Source: Akkermansiaceae bacterium | Lineage (GTDB): Bacteria; Verrucomicrobiota; Verrucomicrobiia; Verrucomicrobiales; Akkermansiaceae | Assembly (NCBI GenBank): GCA_051251915.1 | Contig: JBPOGF010000004.1 | Coordinates: 165,776-229,775 of the forward strand | DNA: 64,000 nt | Direction of reading: 5' to 3' | Part shown: piece by piece, positions 19,531 through 28,041 of the stretch | Position numbering within the stretch: the first letter of the stretch is position 1 | Layout of the letters: every line of letters starts with the position of its first letter | The notes under the pieces: model-generated | Database searches by the model: none | What the model was told of the DNA's origin: nothing | Seen by the model: the letters and a program-made list of their open reading frames with translations, nothing else | Position numbers and translations under genes: made by a program

Positions 19531-19577
19531 ATGTTTTGTTGTGTAATTTAGTAAATGTTAATGGCTAAGGTTACTCT

Positions 19578-19594
19578 AGCACTTTTCATACCTT
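19578..19594 (-). promoter_or_regulatory. Putative sigma54 -24/-12 promoter
   Basis: Minus strand AAGGTATGAAAAGTGCT (GG-N10-GC), about 48 nt upstream of ATG 19530. Confidence 0.45.
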
Positions 19595-19723
19595 TTTCTG
19601 CAAATTAAAAATTAAAAAACAAAAGGCGGTATAGGGAACTGTATGGATATAGTGATGCGTATTAACGTTCCTCCATTTTTCTTATTTGTTTCGCTACTTC
19701 ATATTCGCTTGTATTGCCTAAAT

Positions 19724-19759
19724 AAAGCCCAGTCGGTCTAGTAGACCTGACTGGACTTT
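19724..19759 (-). terminator. Terminator after msrA
   Basis: Imperfect hairpin aaagcccagtcggtcta/tagacctgactggacttt with a T run on the minus strand. Confidence 0.6.
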
Positions 19760-19777
19760 AGAAATACCTAGCTGGGA

Positions 19778-20344
19778 TTATTTCCCTAAAGTTCTATGCA
19801 ATCTGGGTAGACTAACGCCTTTGACATAGGGGTCATTAGGATTCTTCTTGGCGTAATCTTGGTGGTAGCTTTCGGCTAACCAAAATTTTACTAACGGGAC
19901 GATCTCTACTTCTATTTTCTTACCCAGCTTTTTAGCAAGTGCTGCTTTAGATATTTCCATTACTTTTTTCTCGTCATTGTCTCGATAGAAAAGAACTGGC
20001 CGATATTGCTTTCCGAAATCTGGGGCGACACCTTTTCCATTGGTGGGATCAAAACTCTTCCAATAAACAGCTAGTAGAGATTCCAGGTTCACTTTAGTGG
20101 AATCGTAGGTCAATTCCACTGCTTCGGTGTGGCCGGTAGCACCAGAGCTAACTTGTTTGTATGTTGGGTTTTGTTCTTCACCGCCGGAGTAGCCAGATTC
20201 AGCTTCTTTGACTCCTGGGACGCGTTCATAAATTTCTTCTACGCACCAGAAGCATCCAGCAGCGAGAGTCAACTTTTTCTCTGCAGCCTGCGCGACGTTT
20301 CCTAATATCGCAGCTAGACCAATGGTTAATATTATTTTTTTCAT
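19778..20344 (-). CDS. msrA: Exported peptide-methionine (S)-S-oxide reductase
   Basis: Signal peptide, AGCFWC, TGHTEAV, AESYHQDY. Confidence 0.93.
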   Translation of the reverse strand: MKKIILTIGLAAILGNVAQAAEKKLTLAAGCFWCVEEIYERVPGVKEAESGYSGGEEQNPTYKQVSSGATGHTEAVELTYDSTKVNLESLLAVYWKSFDPTNGKGVAPDFGKQYRPVLFYRDNDEKKVMEISKAALAKKLGKKIEVEIVPLVKFWLAESYHQDYAKKNPNDPYVKGVSLPRLHRTLGK

Positions 20345-20874
20345 TATTTTTTATCCTTTCCTTTAAATTCTTCAGCAAGTTCTGCGAATCCTTCTTTCTT
20401 AAGATCTGCTGCTGGAATGAATCTGAGAGCAGCGGAATTAAGACAATATCTGAGGCCTGTGGGTGCTGGTCCATCGTCAAATAGATGGCCGAGGTGGGAA
20501 TCTCCCTTAACTCCACGTACTTCAGTTCTGACCATGCCTGCTGACTTATCAACTACTTCTGCCACAGTGTTTTTATTTAGTGGTTTAGTAAAGCTTGGCC
20601 ATCCAGTGCCTGATTTGAACTTATCTTTTGAGCTAAAGAGTGGGTCTCCTGAGATGACGCAGACGTATATGCCTGGGGCCTTATTATCCCAATACGCATT
20701 TTTAAAGGGTGGTTCAGTGCCGTTTTTCTTGGTCACTTCATATTGTAGAGGGGTTAGCTGCTCTTTCAGAGCTTTGTTTTCCTCACTGACTTCACTGCAA
20801 GCCACAGACAATAAGCCTAAACTTAAGGCTAGGACTGGCCACACTGTATTTCTAATTCGGTTTTTTAATCGCAT
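20344..20874 (-). CDS. msrB: Peptide-methionine (R)-S-oxide reductase, putative lipoprotein
   Basis: LSVAC lipobox, [29 protein letters not shown]. Confidence 0.93.
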   Translation of the reverse strand: MRLKNRIRNTVWPVLALSLGLLSVACSEVSEENKALKEQLTPLQYEVTKKNGTEPPFKNAYWDNKAPGIYVCVISGDPLFSSKDKFKSGTGWPSFTKPLNKNTVAEVVDKSAGMVRTEVRGVKGDSHLGHLFDDGPAPTGLRYCLNSAALRFIPAADLKKEGFAELAEEFKGKDKK

Positions 20875-21024
20875 AACGTAAAGTAAGATGTACTAGATTC
20901 CTAATTTATTCCCTTCTTAATCAATCACAACTGTTATTTTGCGCTAATCTTTGTGGGATTCGCGACATTAGCCGATGCATTTATGAAGGACGGGGCGGAT
21001 CTTGGACGTGCTACTTACTTTGAG

Positions 21025-21489
21025 TTACGAGTGGAGGTGGATGGTTTTTACTTTTCGGGTGGTAGCTTTTCCTTCGTTCTCATCGCTAGATTCTTCTAGA
21101 TAAACGTTGAGATGATCTTGCTCTTGCTTGACGTAGAAGTTTGCTGAGCTTACGTGCCATTCGAAGTTGTAACCGGATATTGATTGGTAGCTTTTTATGT
21201 CTTCTGGAGAGTGTGGTTGGTAGTCTGATTTTTGCTTTAGACTATATACTTCATCGTCGATCAGGTAAGTTTCACCATTTACGATGAGTGATACTTGATG
21301 GACGAGTGACATGTCATCAAAGTCTTTGCTCTCGATCAGCCAGTTGACAACGAGTGGGGTGGTAGCTTGGGTTACTTTTTTTGCAGGCTTGGATTGTAGG
21401 CTACTGCTTGGCTTGATATTTTCATTAGTACATGAAAGAAAGCTGAAGCTAATAAGGCTGGTAGTGATAGTTAATAATAGTGGTTTCAT
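21025..21489 (-). CDS. Hypothetical lipoprotein
   Basis: FLSC lipobox, directly downstream of polA. Confidence 0.7.
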   Translation of the reverse strand: MKPLLLTITTSLISFSFLSCTNENIKPSSSLQSKPAKKVTQATTPLVVNWLIESKDFDDMSLVHQVSLIVNGETYLIDDEVYSLKQKSDYQPHSPEDIKSYQSISGYNFEWHVSSANFYVKQEQDHLNVYLEESSDENEGKATTRKVKTIHLHS

Positions 21490-21499
21490 AATGGTTTTA

Positions 21500-24358
21500 T
21501 TAGTGGGCTTGGAGCCAGTTGTCTCCGGTACCGGTGTCGACTTTGACTGGGACGCCGTTGGGGAGTTCTAGGGCTGATTCCATGGCTTGTTTGATGAGTG
21601 GGATGAGTTCTTGTTGTTCTGATTTATGGAGGTCGAAGATGAGTTCATCGTGGACTTGGAGGAGCATTTTGGTTTTGTAGTTTCCTTGTGTTAGGAGTGC
21701 ATCTACTTTGATCATGGCGTATTTGATCATGTCTGCGGCGGTGCCTTGGATGGGGGTGTTGATGGCGGCGCGGGCGGCGTTGTTACGCTGCATGGCGTTG
21801 CGGGAGTTGATGTCTTTGATGATGCGTTTCCTGCCTGTGAGTGTTTCTGTGTAGCCTTGTTCGGTGGTTTTTTCGATGGTGTTGTCCATGAAGTCTTTGA
21901 TGGCTGGGTATTTTTCGAAGTAGGTGTCGATGATTTCTCCGGCTTCTGAGCGTGGGATGCCGAGGCGTTGTGAGAGGCCGAATGCGGAGATGCCGTAGAT
22001 GATGCCGAAGTTTACCATTTTGGCATTCCGGCGCATGTCTGAGGTGACGTCTTCTAGTGGGACATCGTAGACATTGGCTGCGGTGGCGGTGTGGATGTCT
22101 AAGTCTTTTTTAAAGGCGTCTATCATGGGGGCGTCATTTGCCATGGCGGCCATGACGCGGAGTTCTACTTGAGAGTAATCTACGGCGAGTAGGGTGTAGT
22201 CTGGGCTGCGTGGGACGAATGCTTTTCTGATTTCTCTGCCTGCTTCTGAGCGGACGGGGATGTTCTGGAGGTTGGGGTCTGATGAGGCGATTCTGCCGGT
22301 GGCGGTCATTAGCTGGTGTAGCTGGGTATGGATGCGCTGGTCTGATGGGCAGAGGTGGGTGGGGAGTGCGTCAACGTAGGTGGATTTGAGTTTTGAGGCT
22401 TCGCGGTATTCGAGGATGTTGGCTACGATTTTGTGTTGTGATGCGAGTGATGAGAGTGTGGATTCGTCGGTTTTGAATTGGCCGGTTTTGGTTTTCTTTG
22501 GTTTCTCAACTAGTTGCATTTCTGAGAAGAGGATTTCTCCTAGTTGCTTGGGTGAGTTGAGGTTGAATTCTTTTCCTGCTTGTTGGTAGATGTCTGTTGT
22601 TAGGGTGGCTATTTTAGCGGCGAGGACTTTGCTTATTTCTGAGAGTGCGGTGGTATCTACTGAGATGCCTTCGTTTTCTATGCGGGTGATGACGGGGAGG
22701 AGGGGGGATTCTATTTCGTAGAACGTTTCACTTTGGTCTGCTTGGTCTAGTTTCTCAGCGAGGAGTTCTGCGAGCTGGAAGGTGATGTCTGCGTCTTCGC
22801 ATGCGTAGTCTGTGAGTGCGCTTGGCGGGATGCTGAACATGTCGATTTGTTTGCCCTTTTTCTTGGCTGGAGCTTTCTTTTTAGGGGCTACGCTTTCGGC
22901 CATAGCGAAGAGGTCGTCTGCTATTTCTGAAGCGGGTGTTTCTTCTGGGTCTTTCTGGTGGGCTTCTGCTACGTCTGCTAGCTTGATGGTGGTGTAGCCG
23001 AGGAATCTTTCTGCGAGGTAGTCCATTCCGTGTCGTTGGTCTGGCTCGGCGAGGGAGTGGGCTAGCATGGTGTCGAAGTATGGGCCGTTGATGGGGATGT
23101 CTTGGGCTAGGAGGACTGAGAGGTCATATTTGAGGTTGTGGCCAATTTTGGTGGCTTTGGAGGTGAAGATGGGGGTAAGGTTTTCTACTATTTCTGGGAG
23201 TGAAAGCTTGGTTGTGGGGGTGACGAAGTAGGCTTCGTTTTTCTTCCAGCTGATGGCGAATCCTAGGATCTTGGCGATGCGGGGGTTAAGGGATGTTGTT
23301 TCTAAGTCGAAGCAGAATAGGTCTGTTTTGCTGAGGCTGGAGGTAAGTTTTTTGAGAGCGGCGGGTGAGTCAACGAGGGTGTATTTTGGCTTGATGTCAT
23401 TGAGCGATTTTAGCTCTGCGTGGACTAGGTCATTGCTATCTGTTGTGGTGGTGTGGCCTCTGCCGGAGTTATAGTCATTGCCATAGAGGCGTTTTCCTAG
23501 TGAGTTGAATTCGAATTCTGTGAAGAGGCTTTGGATGGCTTCGTCGTTGCGATTATTGATTTCTAATTCATCGAATGTGGTGGTGACTGGGACATCTAGG
23601 ATGATGGTGACGAGCTCTTTGGAGAGCATGGCTTGCTCTTTGTTGTTCTCGACGTTTTCTTTCTGTTTGCCTTTGAGTTGATCTGTGGACTCTAACAGTT
23701 TCTCGATAGAGCCGAATTGTTTGATGAGTTTTTTGGCGGTTTTCTCTCCGATGCCTGGGACTCCAGGGATGTTGTCTGCGGCGTCTCCCCAGAGGCCGAG
23801 GATGTCGATGACTTGGGAGACGCGTTCGATTTCCCATTGTTCGAGGATTTTAGGGACGTCTAGGAGTTCGACGTCTGAGCCTTTGCGTCCGGGTTTCCAC
23901 ATGGTGGTGGTGGGGCTGACGAGCTGGGCGAAGTCTTTGTCTGGGGTGACCATGAAGGTGTGGAATGATCCTTCATCGTCTGCTTGCTTTGCCATGGTGC
24001 CGATGATGTCATCTGCCTCGAAGCCTGGGATCTCGATGACTGGGATGTTAAAGGCATTTAGGATGCGCTTTACTTGTGGGATGGCGGCGGCGAGGTCTTC
24101 TGGCATGGCGTCTCGCTGGGCTTTGTAGGCTGGGAAGATTTGGTGTCTAGGGGTTGGTTCTTTGGTGTCGAATGCTACGCCGAGGTGGGTGGGGGCGTGG
24201 TTGTCGATGATTTCGAGCATGGTGTTGATGAATCCAAAGATAGCTGAGGTGTTGATGCCTTTGCTATTCATGATGGGATTTCTGATAAGAGCGAAATGTG
24301 CGCGGTAAACGAGTGCCATGCCATCGAGCAAGAAGAGGCGTTTTGTGGTTTCAGACAT
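21500..24358 (-). CDS. polA: DNA polymerase I
   Basis: 5'-3' exonuclease LLDG..YRAHFA and GFEADD, 3'-5' exonuclease FDLETT, polymerase DYSQVELR and LQVHDEL. Confidence 0.98.
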   Translation of the reverse strand: MSETTKRLFLLDGMALVYRAHFALIRNPIMNSKGINTSAIFGFINTMLEIIDNHAPTHLGVAFDTKEPTPRHQIFPAYKAQRDAMPEDLAAAIPQVKRILNAFNIPVIEIPGFEADDIIGTMAKQADDEGSFHTFMVTPDKDFAQLVSPTTTMWKPGRKGSDVELLDVPKILEQWEIERVSQVIDILGLWGDAADNIPGVPGIGEKTAKKLIKQFGSIEKLLESTDQLKGKQKENVENNKEQAMLSKELVTIILDVPVTTTFDELEINNRNDEAIQSLFTEFEFNSLGKRLYGNDYNSGRGHTTTTDSNDLVHAELKSLNDIKPKYTLVDSPAALKKLTSSLSKTDLFCFDLETTSLNPRIAKILGFAISWKKNEAYFVTPTTKLSLPEIVENLTPIFTSKATKIGHNLKYDLSVLLAQDIPINGPYFDTMLAHSLAEPDQRHGMDYLAERFLGYTTIKLADVAEAHQKDPEETPASEIADDLFAMAESVAPKKKAPAKKKGKQIDMFSIPPSALTDYACEDADITFQLAELLAEKLDQADQSETFYEIESPLLPVITRIENEGISVDTTALSEISKVLAAKIATLTTDIYQQAGKEFNLNSPKQLGEILFSEMQLVEKPKKTKTGQFKTDESTLSSLASQHKIVANILEYREASKLKSTYVDALPTHLCPSDQRIHTQLHQLMTATGRIASSDPNLQNIPVRSEAGREIRKAFVPRSPDYTLLAVDYSQVELRVMAAMANDAPMIDAFKKDLDIHTATAANVYDVPLEDVTSDMRRNAKMVNFGIIYGISAFGLSQRLGIPRSEAGEIIDTYFEKYPAIKDFMDNTIEKTTEQGYTETLTGRKRIIKDINSRNAMQRNNAARAAINTPIQGTAADMIKYAMIKVDALLTQGNYKTKMLLQVHDELIFDLHKSEQQELIPLIKQAMESALELPNGVPVKVDTGTGDNWLQAH

Positions 24359-24364
24359 GTGTGG

Positions 24365-24452
24365 AGTGTGCGTCTAAAGGCTGGTCTTGGTCAATGGTAG
24401 AATGGGGTTGTGGCTGATGTCTCTTGTCAGGGAGGATTTACTCACCTATTCT
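24365..24452. promoter_or_regulatory. Back-to-back sigma70-type promoters, both leaderless geometry
   Basis: Minus: TTGACC-18-CACACT-6-ATG (polA). Plus: TTGTCA-17-TATTCT-6-ATG 24459. Confidence 0.6.
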
Positions 24453-24458
24453 GTTGTT

Positions 24459-25040
24459 ATGAAATTATGCATACCTCAAACATCATTGAAAGTTTTTGTT
24501 CTTGCGTCACTTTTCTCACTTCCTTTAGTAGCGGAGGAGGTAGCTCGTGAAATTCAGGAGCTTTCTGAGGAAAATATACGTAGTGGAGTAGAGGGGAGAA
24601 AGCTTTGGGGTAAGGAAAAGAAGGCTGCTGAACCTGGTTATGTATGTGTGAGGGCGAGTGGTGTTGCGTGGATTTATAAGCATCCGCCTCATACAGGGAG
24701 TGGACATGGGGATGGTATTGCCTCTTCTAAGCTCAGCGGGCTTGTGGTTGATTCAGGGTTTAAGACTTTGAAGGATGTTAAATTTGTTGAGAAGCCAACT
24801 AGGCAATTTAGTGGCCCTGATAAAGAAGAGGAGCGAGCGATAACGAAGAAAGACGGACGGTTTTCATTTGTTGTGTCGGTGGGTGCAGCGATTACGATGG
24901 GGGAGGGTTTTGGAGGTGATGTGTATCAATCTGGATTTAAGACATTCGTGGTGAGTTGTGAGGGATATCAAACCTTAGAAGTAACGGTGGGTTTTGGTTG
25001 TCCAGGTCTCTTCATTCAGATGACTAAGGAGCATCCTTAG
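24459..25040 (+). CDS. Hypothetical secreted protein
   Basis: Signal peptide from ATG 24459. The called TTG 24387 overlaps the promoters. Confidence 0.65.
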   Translation: MKLCIPQTSLKVFVLASLFSLPLVAEEVAREIQELSEENIRSGVEGRKLWGKEKKAAEPGYVCVRASGVAWIYKHPPHTGSGHGDGIASSKLSGLVVDSGFKTLKDVKFVEKPTRQFSGPDKEEERAITKKDGRFSFVVSVGAAITMGEGFGGDVYQSGFKTFVVSCEGYQTLEVTVGFGCPGLFIQMTKEHP

Positions 25041-25130
25041 GATGCGAGGTTAGGCAGTAGGTTGAGCCACGGTATTTAATTTGCGATTTGGCTGGTCAAA
25101 TGGGGGGTAAATGTTGTTTCTATATATATT

Positions 25131-25748
25131 ATGAATTCAGCCAGCTTTTTACTTTGTATCGTGTTTGCCGCCATTGGGTATGTGATCCATCCTATGATTT
25201 TGCCCAAATTGGTAGATTCTGGTATCGTTTCTGAGTCTGTATTGAGCGATAGCTATAAGAAGAAGGGTGCTGATAAGAAAACTACTGATGAGGAGCCTGA
25301 GCTAATGGGAGAAGATACTGAGGCAGAGCCTGTGGAGCCAAGTGCTCCGGATATGGAGCCTGAACCAGAGGAGGAGGCACCAGCTCCTGAGCCAGCGCCA
25401 ATGCCTGCACCTGTTCCTACACCAGCACCAATTCCTGCGCCAGTGCCAACACCTGCTCCAGTAACTGAGCAGCCAGCTGCGACGGGTAAGTTGACTGATG
25501 CTGAATTTGCTGCTGTTCTTAAGAATTCAGTTTCACTGGGAGAAGTGAATGAGTTTAAGATTGATCAGGTTGCGGACTGGAAGCGCACTGGTGAAGAAGT
25601 AGTGGCAGGCGAAACCTACGATGTAGGTTTGGTGACTTATAATGCTAAGACAATTTTTGGAGAAGAGAAGCTACAAGCTAAAGCGCTAGTCAAAGGTGGT
25701 AAGGTAGTGAAGTGGCTCTGGCCAACTACGAACACTGAGATGAGGTAG
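25131..25748 (+). CDS. Membrane-anchored hypothetical protein with a Pro/Ala-rich linker
   Basis: N-terminal TM segment, (PAP/VPT) repeats, compact C-terminal domain. Confidence 0.8.
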   Translation: MNSASFLLCIVFAAIGYVIHPMILPKLVDSGIVSESVLSDSYKKKGADKKTTDEEPELMGEDTEAEPVEPSAPDMEPEPEEEAPAPEPAPMPAPVPTPAPIPAPVPTPAPVTEQPAATGKLTDAEFAAVLKNSVSLGEVNEFKIDQVADWKRTGEEVVAGETYDVGLVTYNAKTIFGEEKLQAKALVKGGKVVKWLWPTTNTEMR

Positions 25749-25792
25749 TGGTTTTAGTGATCGGGAGGCTTGTAGCATCTAGGTATTGATTA

Positions 25793-25923
25793 GAGTGGCT
25801 TAGTAGGAATGAGATTAAGCTCTATCTGGGACTATTTGTGTTAGGATGGATAGAGGTTTACGCATGACGCTTTGCTCGGCGATCAAACCCTGCCAATCTT
25901 AATCTTGCTCGTTGAGCTAATTC
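25793..25923. ncRNA. Candidate structured RNA (three-way junction), class unknown
   Basis: Nested complementary segments gagattaag/cttaatctt, ctctatc/gatagag and ggttt/aaacc, plus an outer G-U-rich stem. Confidence 0.3.
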
Positions 25924-25928
25924 CAGCT

Positions 25929-26369
25929 TTACTCGATACTTTTCTTTCTGAAGATGTTGAGGTAAGGGGTGAGGATGGCTTTGAGGAGTTTGTAGGTGAG
26001 GAAGAGTAGGCCGAAGGCTAGGATGACGGTGAGAACTACGATGGCGATGATGCCCCAGAGTGGGATGCTCCATTTACTCTTGAGGAATCTTAGCTTTGGA
26101 TTTGATAGTAGGCCTACGACTTTGAAGGTGAGGCGCTGACGTAGTGATAGGCCTGGGATCTTGGATAGATCTGGCATGCCGTTTTTTCCAAACATGGCGG
26201 ATAGGTCTGGCATGCCGTCCATGCCGGCGCCCATTCCACCCATGCCAGCAAACGGGTTTTCCGCTTGCTGGTTATTAGGAGATGGATTAGATGGCTTTGG
26301 TTTCTTAGTCTTGGTTGAGGATACGACTTCTACCTCAGCCTCGATTGTTCTTGGCTCTTTTTTACTCAT
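25929..26369 (-). CDS. Hypothetical membrane protein
   Basis: IEAEVEVV and GMGGMG..MPDLS segments, C-terminal TM helix, downstream of rng. Confidence 0.75.
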   Translation of the reverse strand: MSKKEPRTIEAEVEVVSSTKTKKPKPSNPSPNNQQAENPFAGMGGMGAGMDGMPDLSAMFGKNGMPDLSKIPGLSLRQRLTFKVVGLLSNPKLRFLKSKWSIPLWGIIAIVVLTVILAFGLLFLTYKLLKAILTPYLNIFRKKSIE

Positions 26370-26405
26370 GACGTGGACTGGCTGGTATTGTTTATTGTGT
26401 CTGGC

Positions 26406-27998
26406 TTAGAGCTGGACGATGGTTTTTTCTGTGGCTGCGTCAATGATAGCGAATTTTTCTCTGTGGAGAGATGCGTCTGTGCGGAAGATGAGGCGGCCGT
26501 TGTGGCTGCGTTCTAGTTCCATGAGGATCTTGGAGTCTTCTTTTTTGAAGCGGTTGAGGACTTCTGGGTTTACGAGGACGATGAGGTCTCCGTATTTGTC
26601 GTCATTTTTCTGAATGACGGTGTTGAGTCTTCTTTGGATCTCTACGGACATGGTCATGGTGGTCTTGACGCGGCCTTTGCCTTGGCAGTAGCTGCATGGC
26701 TCGTACATTGCATCGCGGAGTGATTCGTTGAGGCGCTGGCGGGTCATTTCCATGAGGCCGATGGCTGAGATCTGCATGACTTGGGTCTTGGCTTTGTCTC
26801 GCTTGAGGCGTTCTTTCATGGCGCGGAAGACGGCTTGCTGATCTTTGCGGTGGCGCATGTCGATAAAGTCAACTACGACGAGTCCACCGATGTTGCGGAG
26901 GCGGAGTTGGCGTGCTACTTCTTCAGCAGCTTCGAGGTTTGTCTCGGTGATCATTTTTTCTACGTCTTTGGAGCCTTTGTTGCGGCCGGTGTTGACGTCG
27001 ATGGCGATGAGTGCTTCTGTCTCATCGATGACGAGGTAGCCGCCGCACGGGAGCCAGACTTGGCGGTGGAATGCTTCGTCGATCTGGCGCTGGATGCCGA
27101 TTTTCTCGAAGATAGATTGTCTGGCAGGGTAGTGCATGATGCGGCGCTTAGCACGGCGTGATACTTTGCCAGCGATTTCTCGCATGAATTCTGTGGTTTC
27201 GAGGTCGTCACAGATGACTTGGTCAACTTCATCGGTGAGGAAGTCTCTGGCAGTTCTCTCGATGAGTCCTGGCTCTTGGAATGCGATGACTGGTGCTTTC
27301 TTTGAGTCACGCTTGGTCTCGATATCATGCCATTGTTCTAGGAGCATGGCGAGGTCGCGCACGAAGTGGCGTGCTCTCTGACCGATGGATACGGTGCGCA
27401 TGATGATGCCCATTCCTTCTGGAACTTGGAGCTTCTGCATGATGCGGCGGAGGCGTTGGCGTTCCTTTGGTTCATCGATCTTCCGTGAGATTCCGAACTG
27501 CTCAGAGAAGGGCATGAGGACGAGGTAGCGACCAGCGAGTGAGATGTTGGTGGTGACACGTGGGCCTTTGTTTCCGATAGGGCCTTTGGATACCTGGATG
27601 AGGATTTCTGAGCCGATAGGGTAGATGCTAGGGATGTCTTTTGAAGTGATTTTCTTTTGTTTCTTCTTTGGTCTTCCTTCGCGCTGGATTTCTTCGAGTC
27701 CGCCGTCTAGTGCTGCTGGGATGGCATCCCAGAAGTGTAGGAATGCGTTTTTGTCCATGCCGATGTCGACGAACATGGCTTTGAGTCCTTGTTCGATGTT
27801 TTTGACGGTTCCTTTGAAGATGCCGCCAACGATGTTGGCTTCTCCTTCGCGCTCTACGTCATATTCTTCGAGGCTGTTGTTCTCGAGGAGGGCAACGCGA
27901 CGTTCGAGTTTTTCTGAGTTGATGACGAGGGTGACTCCTTTTGTAGGGTCTGGGTCTCCGCTGGTGAGTCCGAATGCTTTTTTAATTTTTGAGATCAT
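26406..27998 (-). CDS. rng: Ribonuclease G (Rne/Rng family)
   Basis: S1 domain AMFVDIG..NAFLH, KGPRVTTNISLAGRY, TEALIAIDVNTG, LRNIGGLVVVDFIDM, CSYC. Confidence 0.95.
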   Translation of the reverse strand: MISKIKKAFGLTSGDPDPTKGVTLVINSEKLERRVALLENNSLEEYDVEREGEANIVGGIFKGTVKNIEQGLKAMFVDIGMDKNAFLHFWDAIPAALDGGLEEIQREGRPKKKQKKITSKDIPSIYPIGSEILIQVSKGPIGNKGPRVTTNISLAGRYLVLMPFSEQFGISRKIDEPKERQRLRRIMQKLQVPEGMGIIMRTVSIGQRARHFVRDLAMLLEQWHDIETKRDSKKAPVIAFQEPGLIERTARDFLTDEVDQVICDDLETTEFMREIAGKVSRRAKRRIMHYPARQSIFEKIGIQRQIDEAFHRQVWLPCGGYLVIDETEALIAIDVNTGRNKGSKDVEKMITETNLEAAEEVARQLRLRNIGGLVVVDFIDMRHRKDQQAVFRAMKERLKRDKAKTQVMQISAIGLMEMTRQRLNESLRDAMYEPCSYCQGKGRVKTTMTMSVEIQRRLNTVIQKNDDKYGDLIVLVNPEVLNRFKKEDSKILMELERSHNGRLIFRTDASLHREKFAIIDAATEKTIVQL

Positions 27999-28041
27999 GT
28001 TGAATTGTTTATTGGTTTGAGTGTTTAATAAATTTTTTATG

